64,000 bases of DNA, taken from Mobula hypostoma (taxonomy: Eukaryota). The stretch is taken from the NCBI RefSeq assembly GCF_963921235.1, contig NC_086100.1:201006001-201070000 (forward strand), read 5' to 3'. Shown in pieces: positions 38,101-50,400 of the stretch. Every line of letters starts with the position of its first letter. Within the stretch, counting starts at the first letter, position 1. Below the pieces are notes generated by a model. That model saw only the letters and a program-made list of their open reading frames with translations. It was not told the DNA's origin and did not search any database. A program made the position numbers and the translations under genes.

Positions 38101-40978
38101 GAGATGCTAATAGCTTATTACTCTTATCTCCAAACACATAAAATTGACTTTTTATTTTAAGCAAATTTCTTTCAATAGAATAAGTTAATGGTAAATTATA
38201 TTGTGATTGAAGTTCAACCCTTTGTTTAAATAAATCAATATTAGGAGAAACTGCCTAAGTGTTATCCAAGTCTTTAATTTGTTTTGAAATCCTATCTAAC
38301 TCTATTTTTGTCTGTTTCTTAAGCTTAGCCAAATAGGATATTATCAGACCTCGCAAATATGCTTTAAATGTATCCCATATAATCAGTTTGGACACATCTC
38401 CAGTGTTATTAAAAAGAAAAAAATCTTTTATCTTAATCTCTATAAATTTGACAAAGTCCGAACTTTGTAATAAATTTTCTGGAAAACACCAAGGCAAGTT
38501 TACATTACTAACATCATTCAATTCAAAAGTTAAGCTTAAAGGTGCATGATCCGAGACAGCAATAGCATCATATTCACATTTCTGGACTTCGGACAGAAAT
38601 CGGAAATCAGCTATAAAATAATCAATTCTCGAATTTTTTTATGGACATGTGAATAAAAAGAATTATCTCTATCATTAGGATGTAGATTTCTCCAAATTTC
38701 GATCAAATCATAAACAATTAAAAAGGAATTAATAAGTGTTGCCGAACGACTCGGAAGCTGCTGATTGGTTGAACTCTTGTCAATCAAAGGGTTTAAACAA
38801 CAGTTAAAGTCACCTCCCATCAGCAGCATATATTCATTTAATCTGGTAATAAACCAAATACATTTTTCAAAAAAAGGATCATCTACATTAGGTCCGTACG
38901 GATTAACCATGACAATTTTTCTATTACAAATTGTTCTTTTAACAATTAAAAATCTACCATTGATATCTGAGATGATGTCTTCTTGGATAAATAAAATATT
39001 AGATTTAATAAAAGTAGATACTCCCTTTGTTTTATTTTGACAAGTAGCATGGTATTGAAAGCCCTTCCACTTTTAAAAAATCTATTTTGATTGCCCATTC
39101 TGATATCCGTTTCTTGAACAAAAATTATATCGGGCTGGAATCGATTAATAATACTAAAAGTCTTTCGCTTAATGGAGTGATTCCAGCCACGTACATTCCA
39201 ATTAATAATGTTTATCTGTTTAACTACCATAGAATATTGTTTTTAACACGAAAATACACACATACCACCGCGGGCTAATCAAAGATGGCGGTGATGAGTA
39301 TAACCAAATAGAAAACACGCATGCTCCAGAACTCCATAAAACTGGAAAAAAAAATCCCGTGAAAAACCCCAAAATACAAAAATAACCCCAATCCTCCCGC
39401 CATCCCAAAAGGTAGAAATCCGGCAAAAAGAGAGAAAAGGCCGGAATGCGTCCCCAGAGAAAGAAAAAATAAGCAGAACTCCGCATGCCGCTCAATTTAA
39501 ATAGTGATTTAAGTTTTTTCTCTCAATTCCCCCCTCCCCTTTACAAAGAAAACACATGACCCTAAGATAAGAAAGCCCAACAGAGAAAAAGATGATGTTT
39601 ATCATTGAAAATAAACTAGGGAATGCAAAAACAGTCTCCAGAGACATCAAAGCAATGCTATTAAACCTATACAATATAATCTCTAATAAGAGAAAATCGG
39701 CACCTTTATTCCTTTGGCTTACTACCCGATTTTATCAAAAACACTAAAGCTAATTATCTATTACTAAACACTCCTCATTATATAAGAAAAAGTCTATATA
39801 AACTATAAAAACTATCACTTAATTAATAAAAGGAAGAAAGAAACAGATAATCAAACCAGTTAACAATCTGTCCGCTATGTTAATTCACTCCGTTTACCAA
39901 ACAGACCTCAGAAAAGTCATTCATTGGACAAACCAAGAAGTTCACCTCTTCTTTAAATAGTCCATCAATCAAAGGATATCTTCAACATATCAGAAATCTT
40001 CAAAGCCTGTTTTCTTTCAGAAAATTATTCAGCAAACCCAATATCCTTCACACGTCAGCCGCCTCCAAGATAGAATTAAGATAGTCCAATGCCGCTTGGG
40101 AATCCAAAAAAAAAACACATGGAGTAGAATCTTTAGAAAATAATTTTAATCGGGCAGGGTAGCAGAGCGATGGAAACAATTCCTTTGCATGGGCTATCTT
40201 CATAGCTGGAACAAATTTGATCCGCTGTTTCATAAATTCCTGTGGATAGTCTTCGTGAAAATGAATCTCGGAACCCTTAAATTTAAAAACTCTCTGTTTC
40301 CTTGCATTTTTATGATTTGGTCTTTAACTTTAAAGGGAGAAAAAATGACCAAAATTGGCCGTGCTTTACCTGAAATCTGAGAGTTCGAAGTGAAAATTCT
40401 ATGAGCTCTTTCAATATCGGGAGGCTGAAGTAGAATATCCGGAAACAAAGATTGAAACAGATTGGCAAAATAGTCCAATAAATTCCCACTCTCAGAACCT
40501 TCCTTCAGTCCGATAATTGGAATGTTATTTCGTCGAGACTTCGCCTCTAAATGGACAATTTTGCGTTGAGCCTGTTCCAAGCGGGTTGAAATATCCACAA
40601 TCTGACGTTTCGATTCTTTAAACTCAGTATTCAAGGAAATAATATTTTCCTCAATAGTCTGTAAACTCTGTCGGAACGACTTCAACTCAGAAGTGTTATT
40701 GTCCATTTTGTTGTTGAGTCCCATCAATGCATGTTCCAAACGCTCAGCCCAGACAGGCATATCTTCTGATTTTTCTTTTGAAGTTTTTCCCCTTTCCATT
40801 GCTGGATTCAGAAAGCTGTTTTCCACTTCTTAAAAGATACGACATAATGATAACTATTCCCCTCTAAGATCCGAAAAATAAAAGTTAAAAATTCAAGGAT
40901 TAAACTGGGGAAAAGGAGAAATTAAAGGCAGCCACAAAATTTATGTATTACTCTATTGAGCTGCAGGTGGAAGTCCCC
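35135..40978 (-). mobile_element. Full-length L1-clade LINE, inactivated by many frameshifts
   Basis: ORF1 (coiled coil, SRRNNI.IIGL.E, IERAHR) at 40826-40048. ORF2 has APE NWNVRG/QET/GGDFN, RT SYRPISLLN/SLDAEKAFD/LYADN and C-terminal C..C...HMFWSC. 16-bp TSD TTGAATGACAATTAAA at 35119-35134 and 40979-40994. Confidence 0.93.
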
Positions 40979-41060
40979 TTGAATGACAATTAAACATGAG
41001 CTGAAAAACTGTGTGCTGTACCTACCTTTGGCTGATCAGAGTCTTTTCTCCCTTCGCCAG

Positions 41061-41235
41061 CGCCCTGATTGTTCTCAGTAACCAGACTTATGTCATTGAG
41101 CACCTGGGGGAGGCTGAGCACGGGCGGCATTTGCTATACAGACCCGAAGATCTCAAGTCAGTGCCTGGACGGTGTGGAGTGACAAACACGTCTCCCGTGT
41201 CAGTCTTGATCCAGGACCTTCAACACTTACACCGG
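41061..41235 (+). CDS. ADAM coding exon D (prodomain with cysteine switch), 175 nt
   Basis: Acceptor ttttctcccttcgccag| and donor |gtgagc. Reads (S)ALIVLSNQTYVIEHLGEAEHGRHLLYRPEDLKSVPGRCGVTNTSPVSVLIQDLQHLHR, with Y.IE.L, H..Y and the CGV cysteine-switch motif. Confidence 0.93.
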
Positions 41236-41242
41236 GTGAGCA

Positions 41243-43940
41243 GAGTCACAGTCACAGTCACAGTCTACACAGACACAACCTACCCAGACACAACTTACAC
41301 AGTCACAGTTACAGTCACAACCTACACAGACACAATCTACCCAGACACAACCAACACAGACCGAGCCTACACGGTCACAATCTACCCAGACACAACCTAC
41401 ACAGACCGAGCCTACACAGTCACAGTTACAGTCACAACCTACACAGACACAACTTACACAGTCACAGTTACAGTCACAACCTACACAGACACACTCACAC
41501 AGTCACAGTCACAATCTACACAGACCGAGCCTACGCAGTCATAATCTACATACACAGTCATAGTTACAGTCACAAACTACACAGACAGAGCCTACACAGT
41601 CACACTTACAGTCACAACCTACACAGACACATCTTACACAGTCACACTCACACAGTCACAGTCACAGTCACAATCTACACAGACTGAGCCTACACAGTCA
41701 TAATCTACATACACAGTCACAGTTACAGTCACAAACTACACAGACAGAGCCTACACAGTCACAGTTACAGTCACAACCTACACAGACACAACTTACACGG
41801 ACCGAGCCTACACAGTCACAGTTACAGTCACAACCTACGCAGACACAATCTACCCAGACACAACCTACACAGACCGAGCCTACACAGTCACAATCTACCC
41901 AGACACAACCTACACAGACCGAGCCTACACAGTCACAATCTACCCAGACACAACCTACACAGACCGAGCCTACACAGTCACAGTTACAGTCACAACTTAC
42001 ACAGACACAACTTACACAGTCACAGTTACAGTCACTACCTACACAGACACACTCACACAGTCACAGTCACAATCTACACAGACTGAGCCTACACAGTCAT
42101 AATCTACATACACAGTCATAGTTACAGTCACAAACTACACAGACAGAGCCTACACAGTCACAGTTACAGTCACAACCTACACAGACAGAACCTACACACT
42201 CGCTGAGACACAGTCACAGTCCACACAGGCACAATCTGTACTGTCACTCTCACAGAGTCACAATCACACAGTCACTGCCTGCACAGTCAGAGTCACATAG
42301 TCAGATAGGCACAATCTGCACAGCCACACTGACACAGTTACAACCTACACAGACACAACTTACACAGTCATACTCACGCAGCCACAGTCACACAGGCACA
42401 GGCTACACAGACACCATTTGCACAGTTACAGTCACACAGACACAGTCACATAGTCAGGCAAGCACAATCTGCACAGCCACACTCACACAGTCACACAGGT
42501 ACAATCTACACTATCGTAGTCACACAGTTACAACCTACACAGTCAGACTTACACAGTCACACAGGTACAACCTACACTATCATAGTCACACAGTTACAAC
42601 CACACAGTCAGACTTACACAGTCACACGGGTACAACCTACACTATCATAGTCACACAGTTACAACCTACACAGTCAGACTTACACAGTCACAATCTACAC
42701 ACAATCAGAGTTACAGTCACAAACTACACAGGTACAACCTGCACATACATTACCTATACAGTCACTAACACACACTCACTGTCTATACAGTCACACTCAC
42801 ACGGTCACTGATACACAGTCACAATCTATAAATTCACAGTCACATTGTCACACAGTCACACTCACATAGACACAATCTACACAGTTATAGTCACACAGTC
42901 ACAGTTACAACCTATACAGACACCACCTATCAGTCACAGTCCCACAGTCATAGTCATGAAACACACAGACAGAACCAACACAGTCACAGTTACACCCAGA
43001 CAGTCACAGTCACAAACTACACAGACACAACCTGCACAGACAGAACCAACACAGTCACTGTCATAGCGTCACACAGACACATTCACACCATCACAATCAC
43101 AAAGTCATACTCACAGTCACTGTCACAGTCACAGTCACAAACTACACAGACACAACCTATACATGCAGAACCTACACAGTCACAATCACATAGTCACACT
43201 CACAAAGTCACAGTCACACCTCCCACAGTCAGAGTCACACAGTCACAGTCACACTCACTCAGTCATAGAAACACAGTCACAATCTACACAGTCACAGTTA
43301 CAGTCACAAAGTAAACAGACACAACACACACAGAACCTACACAGTCACTGTCACACAGTCTACACAGTCTCACTCACACAGTCATAGTCACACTCACATA
43401 GACACTGTCACATTCACAGTCACAGTCACAACCTACACAGTCACACTTATACAGTCACAAACTTCTCAGACACAAGCTCCACAGTCACAGTCCCATTGTC
43501 ACACAGTCAAAATCTGCACTGTCACACTCACAGAGTCATAATCTACATAGTTCCAGTCCCACAGTCACAGTCATAAACTACAGACACAACCTACACAGAC
43601 AGAACCTATACAGTCACAGTCCAATAGTCACACAGTGTCAATCTGCACAGTCACACTCACAGTCGTACACTTACAGTCCCACTCACACAGTCTCAATCTG
43701 GACAGTCATAGTCACATAATCACAGTCATAAACTACATAGACACAACCTACACAGACAGAACCAACACTGTCACTGTCACACATTCTTAATCTACACAGT
43801 CACAGCCTACACAGACACCAACTTGCAGTCACTGTCCCACAGTCATAGTCACAAACTACACAGATAGAACCTATTCCGTCACAGTCACACAGTCACAGTC
43901 ACACAAACTCAGCCTACACACTCACAAACGACACAGACAC
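41243..43940. repeat. CA-rich cryptic satellite built from acagtc/acagtt/acacag hexamers with higher-order blocks
   Basis: About 2.7 kb of visible repetition starting immediately after the exon D donor. Confidence 0.95.
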
Positions 43941-44239
43941 CATGCTCTTAACGGCTGGGACCAGAGTATATCACAGCAATGAAAAAGTCCAAAAGGGGGA
44001 AAAATCCAGTTCCCACTCTGTCACATCAACACCCAACTCCTCAAATGTCAATCTCACGCGAGTTACCACTGACCACAAACTGAGCTGGGGTGACCTTGTA
44101 CTCAATGTGGCTCCAAGAACAGGTCAGAAGCGAGGAATCCTTCTATTAGTAACTCACCTCCGAACTGCCCACAACCTGTCCACCATCTACAATGATCATG
44201 TTAGGAGTCTGCTTACCTATCGACCAGCTACATCCCCAA

Positions 44240-45320
44240 CACACACAAGGTGCTGGAGGAACTCAGCAGGCCAGGCAGCATCGATGCAAAAGAGTAAACA
44301 GTCGATGTTTTGGGTCGAAACTTTCATCAGGACTGGAGAAAAAAATATGAGAAGTCAGAGTTCGAAGGTGGGGGGAGGGGAGGAAGACATACAAGGTGAT
44401 AGGTCATAGGTGAAACTAGGAGAAGGGGAGGGGTGGGTAAAGAGCTGAGAAGTTGCTTGGTGAAGAGATAAAGAACTGGAGAAGGAGGAATCTGATAGGC
44501 GAGGAAGATGGCCATGGAAGAAAGGGAAAAGGGAGGAGAACTCAAGGGAGGCAATGGGCAGGTGAGGAGATAAGATGACAGAGGGAAAGGGGATGGGGAA
44601 CGGTAAAGAGGAAGGGTGCCGTTACCGGAAGTTCGAGAAATTGATGTTCATGCTATCAGGTCGAAGGCTACCCAGAAGGGGTTTGCTCCTCCAACCTGAG
44701 TGTGGTCTCGTTGCGACAAGAGAGGAGGCCATGGACTGACATGTCGGAATGGGAATGGGGAGTAGAATTGGAATGGGTGGCCACCGGGAGATCCCACTTT
44801 TTCTGGCAGATGGAGCGTGGGTGCTCGGCGAAGCGGCCTCTATGTCGGGTCTCACCGATATACATAAGGCCACACCAGGAGCATAAGGCACAGTATATGG
44901 CCGCAGCAGACCCACAGGTGAAGTGTTGCCTCACCTGCAAGGACTGTTTGGTGCCCTGAATGGTAGTGAGGGAAGAGGTGTAGGGGCAGGTGTAGCACTT
45001 GTTCCGCTTTCCAGGATAAATGCCAGGAGGGAGATCAGTGGGGAGGGACGAATGGACGAGGGAGTCGCGCAGGGAGCGATCCCTGTGGAAAGCAGAAAGT
45101 GGGGGGTGGGAAGATGTGCTTGGTGATGGGATTCTGTTGGACACAGCAAAAGTTATGGAGAATTATGTGCTGAATGTGAAGGAGTGGTAGGTGAAGACTA
45201 GAAGAACCGAATCCCTGGTGGGGTGAGGACAGATATCCATGAAACGGAAGAGATGTGGTTGAGGGCAGCATTGATGGTGGAGGAAGGGAAGCCCCTTTCT
45301 TTGAAGAAGGAGGGCATCTT
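44240..45320 (-). mobile_element. Penelope-like element fragment (linker + GIY-YIG) with degenerate hammerhead at 44299-44335
   Basis: AFHRDRSLRDSLVHS...KCYTC...QHFTC...IYC..C..CG.MYIGET (ORF 44668-45144). Confidence 0.85.
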
Positions 45321-45324
45321 CTTA

Positions 45325-47120
45325 GATAGAAAACATAGAAAACCTGCAGTGCAACAGAGGCCCTTCAGCCCACAATGTGCCGAACATGTCCTTACCTTAG
45401 AAATTACCTAGAGTTGCCCATAGGCCTCTATTTTTCTAAGCTCCATGTACCTGTTCAGGAGCCTCTTAAAAGACCCTATCGTATCCACCTCCACCACTGT
45501 CACTAGCAGCCCATTCCACACACTCACCACTCCCTGCGTAAAAAACTTACCCCTGACATCTCCTCTGTACCTACTCCCCTGTGCCCTCTCGTGTTAGCCA
45601 TTTCAGCCCTGGGAAAAAACCTCTGATTAACCACACAATCAATGCCTCTCATCATCTTATACATCTCTATCAGGTCACCTCTCATCCTCCGTCGCTCCAA
45701 GAAGAAAAGGCCAAGTTCACTCAACCTATTCTCATAAAGCATGCTCCCCAATCCAAGCAACACCCTTGTAAATCTCCTCTGCAACTTTTCAATGGTTTCC
45801 ACGTCCTTCCTGTAGTGAGGTGACCAGAATTGAGCACAGTGCTCCAAGTGGGGTCTGACCAGGGTCCATTATAGCTGTAACATAACCTCTCGGCTCTTAA
45901 ACTCAATCTCATGATTGATGAAGGCCAATGCACCATGTGACTTCTTAACCACAGAGTCACCCTGAGTGAGTGCTTTGAGTGTCCTATGGATTCAAACCCC
46001 AGGATCTCTCTGATCCTCCACACTGTCAAGAGTCCTACCATTAATACTATATTTTGTCATCATATTTGACCTACCAGAATGAACCACTTCACACTTATCT
46101 GGGTTGAACTCCATCTGCCACTTCTCAGCCCAGTTTTGCATCCTATCAATGTCCCACTGTAACCTTTGACAGCACTCCACACTATCCACAGCACCTCCAA
46201 ACTTTGTGTCATCAGCAAACTTACTAACCCATCCCTCCACTTCCTCATCCAGGTCATTTATAAAAATCATGAAGAGAAGGGGGTCCCAGAACAGATCCTT
46301 GAGGCACACCACTGATCACCGACTACAACCAGTCCTTGCCTTCTGAGGGCAAGTCAGTTCTGGATCCACAAAGCAATGTCCCCTTGGATCCCATGCCTCC
46401 CTACTTTCTCAATGAGCCTGGCATGGGGTACTTTATCAAATGCCTTGTTGAAATCCAAATACATTACATTTACTGCTCTACCTTCATCAATGTGTTTTGT
46501 CACATCCTCAAAAAATTCAATCAGGCTCGTAAGACACAACCTGCCTTTAACAAAGCCACGCTGACTATTCCTAATCATATTATGCCTCTCCAAATGTTCA
46601 TAAATCCTGCCTCTCAGGATCTTCTCCATCAACTTACCGACCACTGAAGTGAGACTCACTGGTCTGTAACTTCCTGGGCTATCTCTACTCCCTTTCTTGA
46701 ACAAGGGAACAACATCTGCAACCCTCCAATCCTCCGGAACCTCTCCCATCCCCATTGATGATGCAAAGACCATCACCAGAGGCTCAGCAATCTCCTCTCT
46801 CACCTCCCACAGTAGCCTGGGGTACATCTCGTCCGGTTCCAGTGATTTATCCAACTTGATGCTTTCCAAAAGCTCCAGCACATCCTCTTTCTTGATGTCT
46901 ATATGCTCAAGCCTTTCAATCTGCTGTAAATCATCGCTACAATCGCCAAGATCCTTTTCCATAGTGAATACTGAAGCAAAGTATTCATTAAGTACCCCTG
47001 CTATCTCTTCTGGTTCCATACACTTTCCCACTGTCACACTTGATAGGTCCTATTCTCTCACATCTTATCCTCTTGCTCTTCATATACTTGTAGAATGCCT
47101 TGAGCTTTTCCTTAATCATG
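45325..47120 (-). mobile_element. CR1 LINE ORF2 fragment
   Basis: SYRPVSLTSVVGKLME, YLDFNKAFDKVPH, SKFADDTK, KWQMEFNPDKC. Confidence 0.92.
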
Positions 47121-47794
47121 CTCACAGAATACTGTCTGCTTACCTGTCCACCAGCTACAACCTTTGTATCAGGAGTTTAAAAGTGAAGTTCAGATCTAAT
47201 TATCATTCAACCATACATGAATATAGCCCAAAGAAACAGCAATCCCCTGGAGCCAAGGTGCAACAAATACACAGCACAACAGCTCAAGGCACCCAGCATA
47301 TTTAAGATAGCAAAACCACATCGAGTTGCACAAAAAATATATATATAGCCCAAGTCCCTGAATGATACATCCCGCAGATTAATGGTGCAGTTCCCAACAG
47401 TCTGCAGAGAAAGACACACATGCAATCCAGCTTGTCATTCCACTGGTCGAACACTGGAGGGCAGCACCAACAGACGAAGCCACCCGCCTAACAATGGGTG
47501 CCACACTACACTGGCACTGGCGTCTCCTCTGCTGGACTGCGGCATAGAGGAGGTGTGGAATCGAACGTAGGGGGTTCAGGAGTGAACTGATTGAGGTGGT
47601 GTAGGAGCAAGCACAGGGGGTTCAGGAGTGAAATCATAGAGGAGGTGTGGAAGATGATGAGGGGAGTATACATGGTGAAAGCATCAAATCTTTTTACGCA
47701 GAGAGGGGATGTTAAAGTAAGAGTGCATATGGTAAAGATGAGAAATTCTCAAGCTTTATTCAATTAGATTCATTTGTTGCATCAAAGTGTATAT

Positions 47795-50400
47795 TAGAAC
47801 CATGGAACCATAGAACCATAGAAACTACAGCACAGACATAGGCCTTTTGGCCCTTCTTGGCTGTGCCGAACCATTTTCTGCCTAGTCCCACTGACCTGCA
47901 CACGGACCATATCCCTCCATACACCTCCCATCCATGTATCTGTCCAATTTATTCTTAAATGTTAAAAAAGAACCTGTATTTACCACCTCTTCTGGCAGCT
48001 CATTCCATACTCCCACCACTCTCTGTGTGAAGAAGCCCCCACTAATGTTCCCTTTAAACTTTTCCCCCCTCACCCTTAACCCATGTCCTCTAGTTTTTTT
48101 CTCCCCTTGCCTCAGTGGAAAAAGCCTGCTTGCATTCACTCTATCTATACACATCATAATTTTATATACCTCTATCAAATCTCCCCTCATTCTTCTATGC
48201 TCCAGGGAATAAAGTCCTAACCTATTCAACCTTTCTCTGTAACTGAGTTTCTCAAGTCCCGGCAACATCCTTGTAAACCTTCTCTGCACTCTTTCAACCT
48301 TATTTATATTCTTCCTGTAATTTGGTGACCAAAACTGAACATAATACTCCAGATTCGGCCTCACCAATGCCTTATACAACCTCATCATAACATTCCAGCT
48401 CTTATACTCAATACTTTGATTAATAAAGGCCAATGTACCAAAAGCTCTCTTTACGACCCTATCTACCTGTGACGCCACTTTTAGGGAATTTTGTATCTGT
48501 ATTCCCAGATCCCTCTGTTCCACTGCACTCCTCAGTGCCTTACCATTAACCCTGTATGTTCTACGTTGGTTTGTCCATCCAACGTGCAATACCTCACACT
48601 TGTCAGTATTAAACTCCATCTGCCATTTTTCAGCCCATTTTTCCAGCTGGTCCAAGTCCCTCTGCAGGCTCTGAAAACCTTCCTCACGGTCTACTACACC
48701 TCCAATCTTTGTATCATCAGCAAACTTGCTGATCCAATTTACCACATTATCATCCAGATCATTGATATAGATGACAAATAACAATGGACCCAGCACTGAT
48801 CCCTGTGGCACACCACTAGTCACAGGTCTCCACTCAGAGAAGCAATTCTCTACCACCACTCTCTGGCTTCTTCCATCGAGCCAATGTCTAATCCAATTTA
48901 CCACCTCTCCATGTATACCTAGCGACTGAATTTTCCTAACTAACCTCCCATGCGGGACCTTGTCAAAGGCCTTACTGAAGTCCATGTAGACAATATCCAA
49001 TGCCTTCCCTTCATCCACTTTCCTGGTAACCTCCGCGAAAAACTCCAATAGATTGGTCAAACATGACATACCACGCACAAAGCCATGTTGACTCTCCTTA
49101 ATAAGTCCCTGTCTATCAAATGCTTGTAGATTCTGTCTCTTAGTACTCCCTCAATAACTTACCTACTACCGACGTTAAACTCACTGGCCTATAATTTCCC
49201 GGATTACTTTTCGATCCTTTTTTAAACAACGGAACAACATGAGCTACTCTCCAATCCTCCAGCACTTCACCCGTAGACAGCGACATTTTAAATATTTCAG
49301 CCAGGGCCCCTGCAATTTCAACACTAGTCTCCTTCAAGGTCCGAGGGAACACTCTGTCAGGTCCCAGGGATTTATCCACTTTAATTTTCCTCAAGACAGC
49401 AAGCACCTCCTCCTTTTCAATCTGTACAGTTTCCATGATCTCACTACTTGATTCCCTCAATTCCATAGACTTCATGCCAGTTTCCTTAGTAAATACAGAC
49501 GCAAAAAACCTATTTAAGATCTCCCCCATTTCCTTTGGTTCCGCACAAAGCCGACCACTCTGATCTTCAAGAGGACCAATTCTATCCCTTACAATCCTTT
49601 TGCTCTTAATATACTTGTAAAAGCTCTTTGGATTATCCTTCACTTTGACTGCCAAGGCAACCTCATGTCTTCTTTTAGCCCTCCTGATTTCTTTCTTAAG
49701 TATTTTCTTGCACTTCTTATACTCCTCAAGCACCTGATTTACTCCCTGTTTCCTATACATTTCATACAACTCCCTCTTCTTCTTTATCAGAGTCGCAATA
49801 TCCCTTGAGAACCAAGGTTCCTTATCCTATTCAATTTGCCTTTAATCCTGACAGGAACATACAAACTCTGCACGCTCAAAATTTCCCCTTTGAAGGCTTC
49901 CCACCTACCAAACACATCTTTGCCAGAGAACAACCTGTCCCAATCCACACATTTTAGATCCTTTCTCATTTCTTCAAATTTGGCCTTCTTCCAGTTCAGA
50001 ACCTCAACCCTGGGACCAGATCTATCCTTGTCCATGATCAAATTGAAACTGTTTATGATCACTGGAACCAAAGTGCTCCCCTACACAGACTTCTGTCACT
50101 TGGCCTAATTCGTTTCCTAACAGGAGATCCAATATTGCATCCCCTCTAGTTGGTCCCTCTATATATTGATTTAGAAAACTATCCTGAACACATTTTACAA
50201 ACTCTAAACCATCTAGACCCCAAACAGTATGGGAGTCCCAATCAATGTATGGAAAATTAAAATCCCCTACCACCACAACTTTATGTTTCCTGCAGTTCCC
50301 TGCTATCTCTCTGCAGATTTGCTCTTCCAAGTCTCGTTGACTATTGGGTGGTCTGTAATACAATCCCACTAATGTGGCCATACCTTTCCTGTTTCTCAGT
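47795..50400 (-). mobile_element. CR1 LINE ORF2, 5'-truncated within the endonuclease, few frameshifts
   Basis: YYRPPNS, GDFNFP, SDH, NYRPVSLTS, GVPQGSVLGP, KFADDTK. 398-aa open stretch; (tatggttc)-type tail. Confidence 0.95.
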
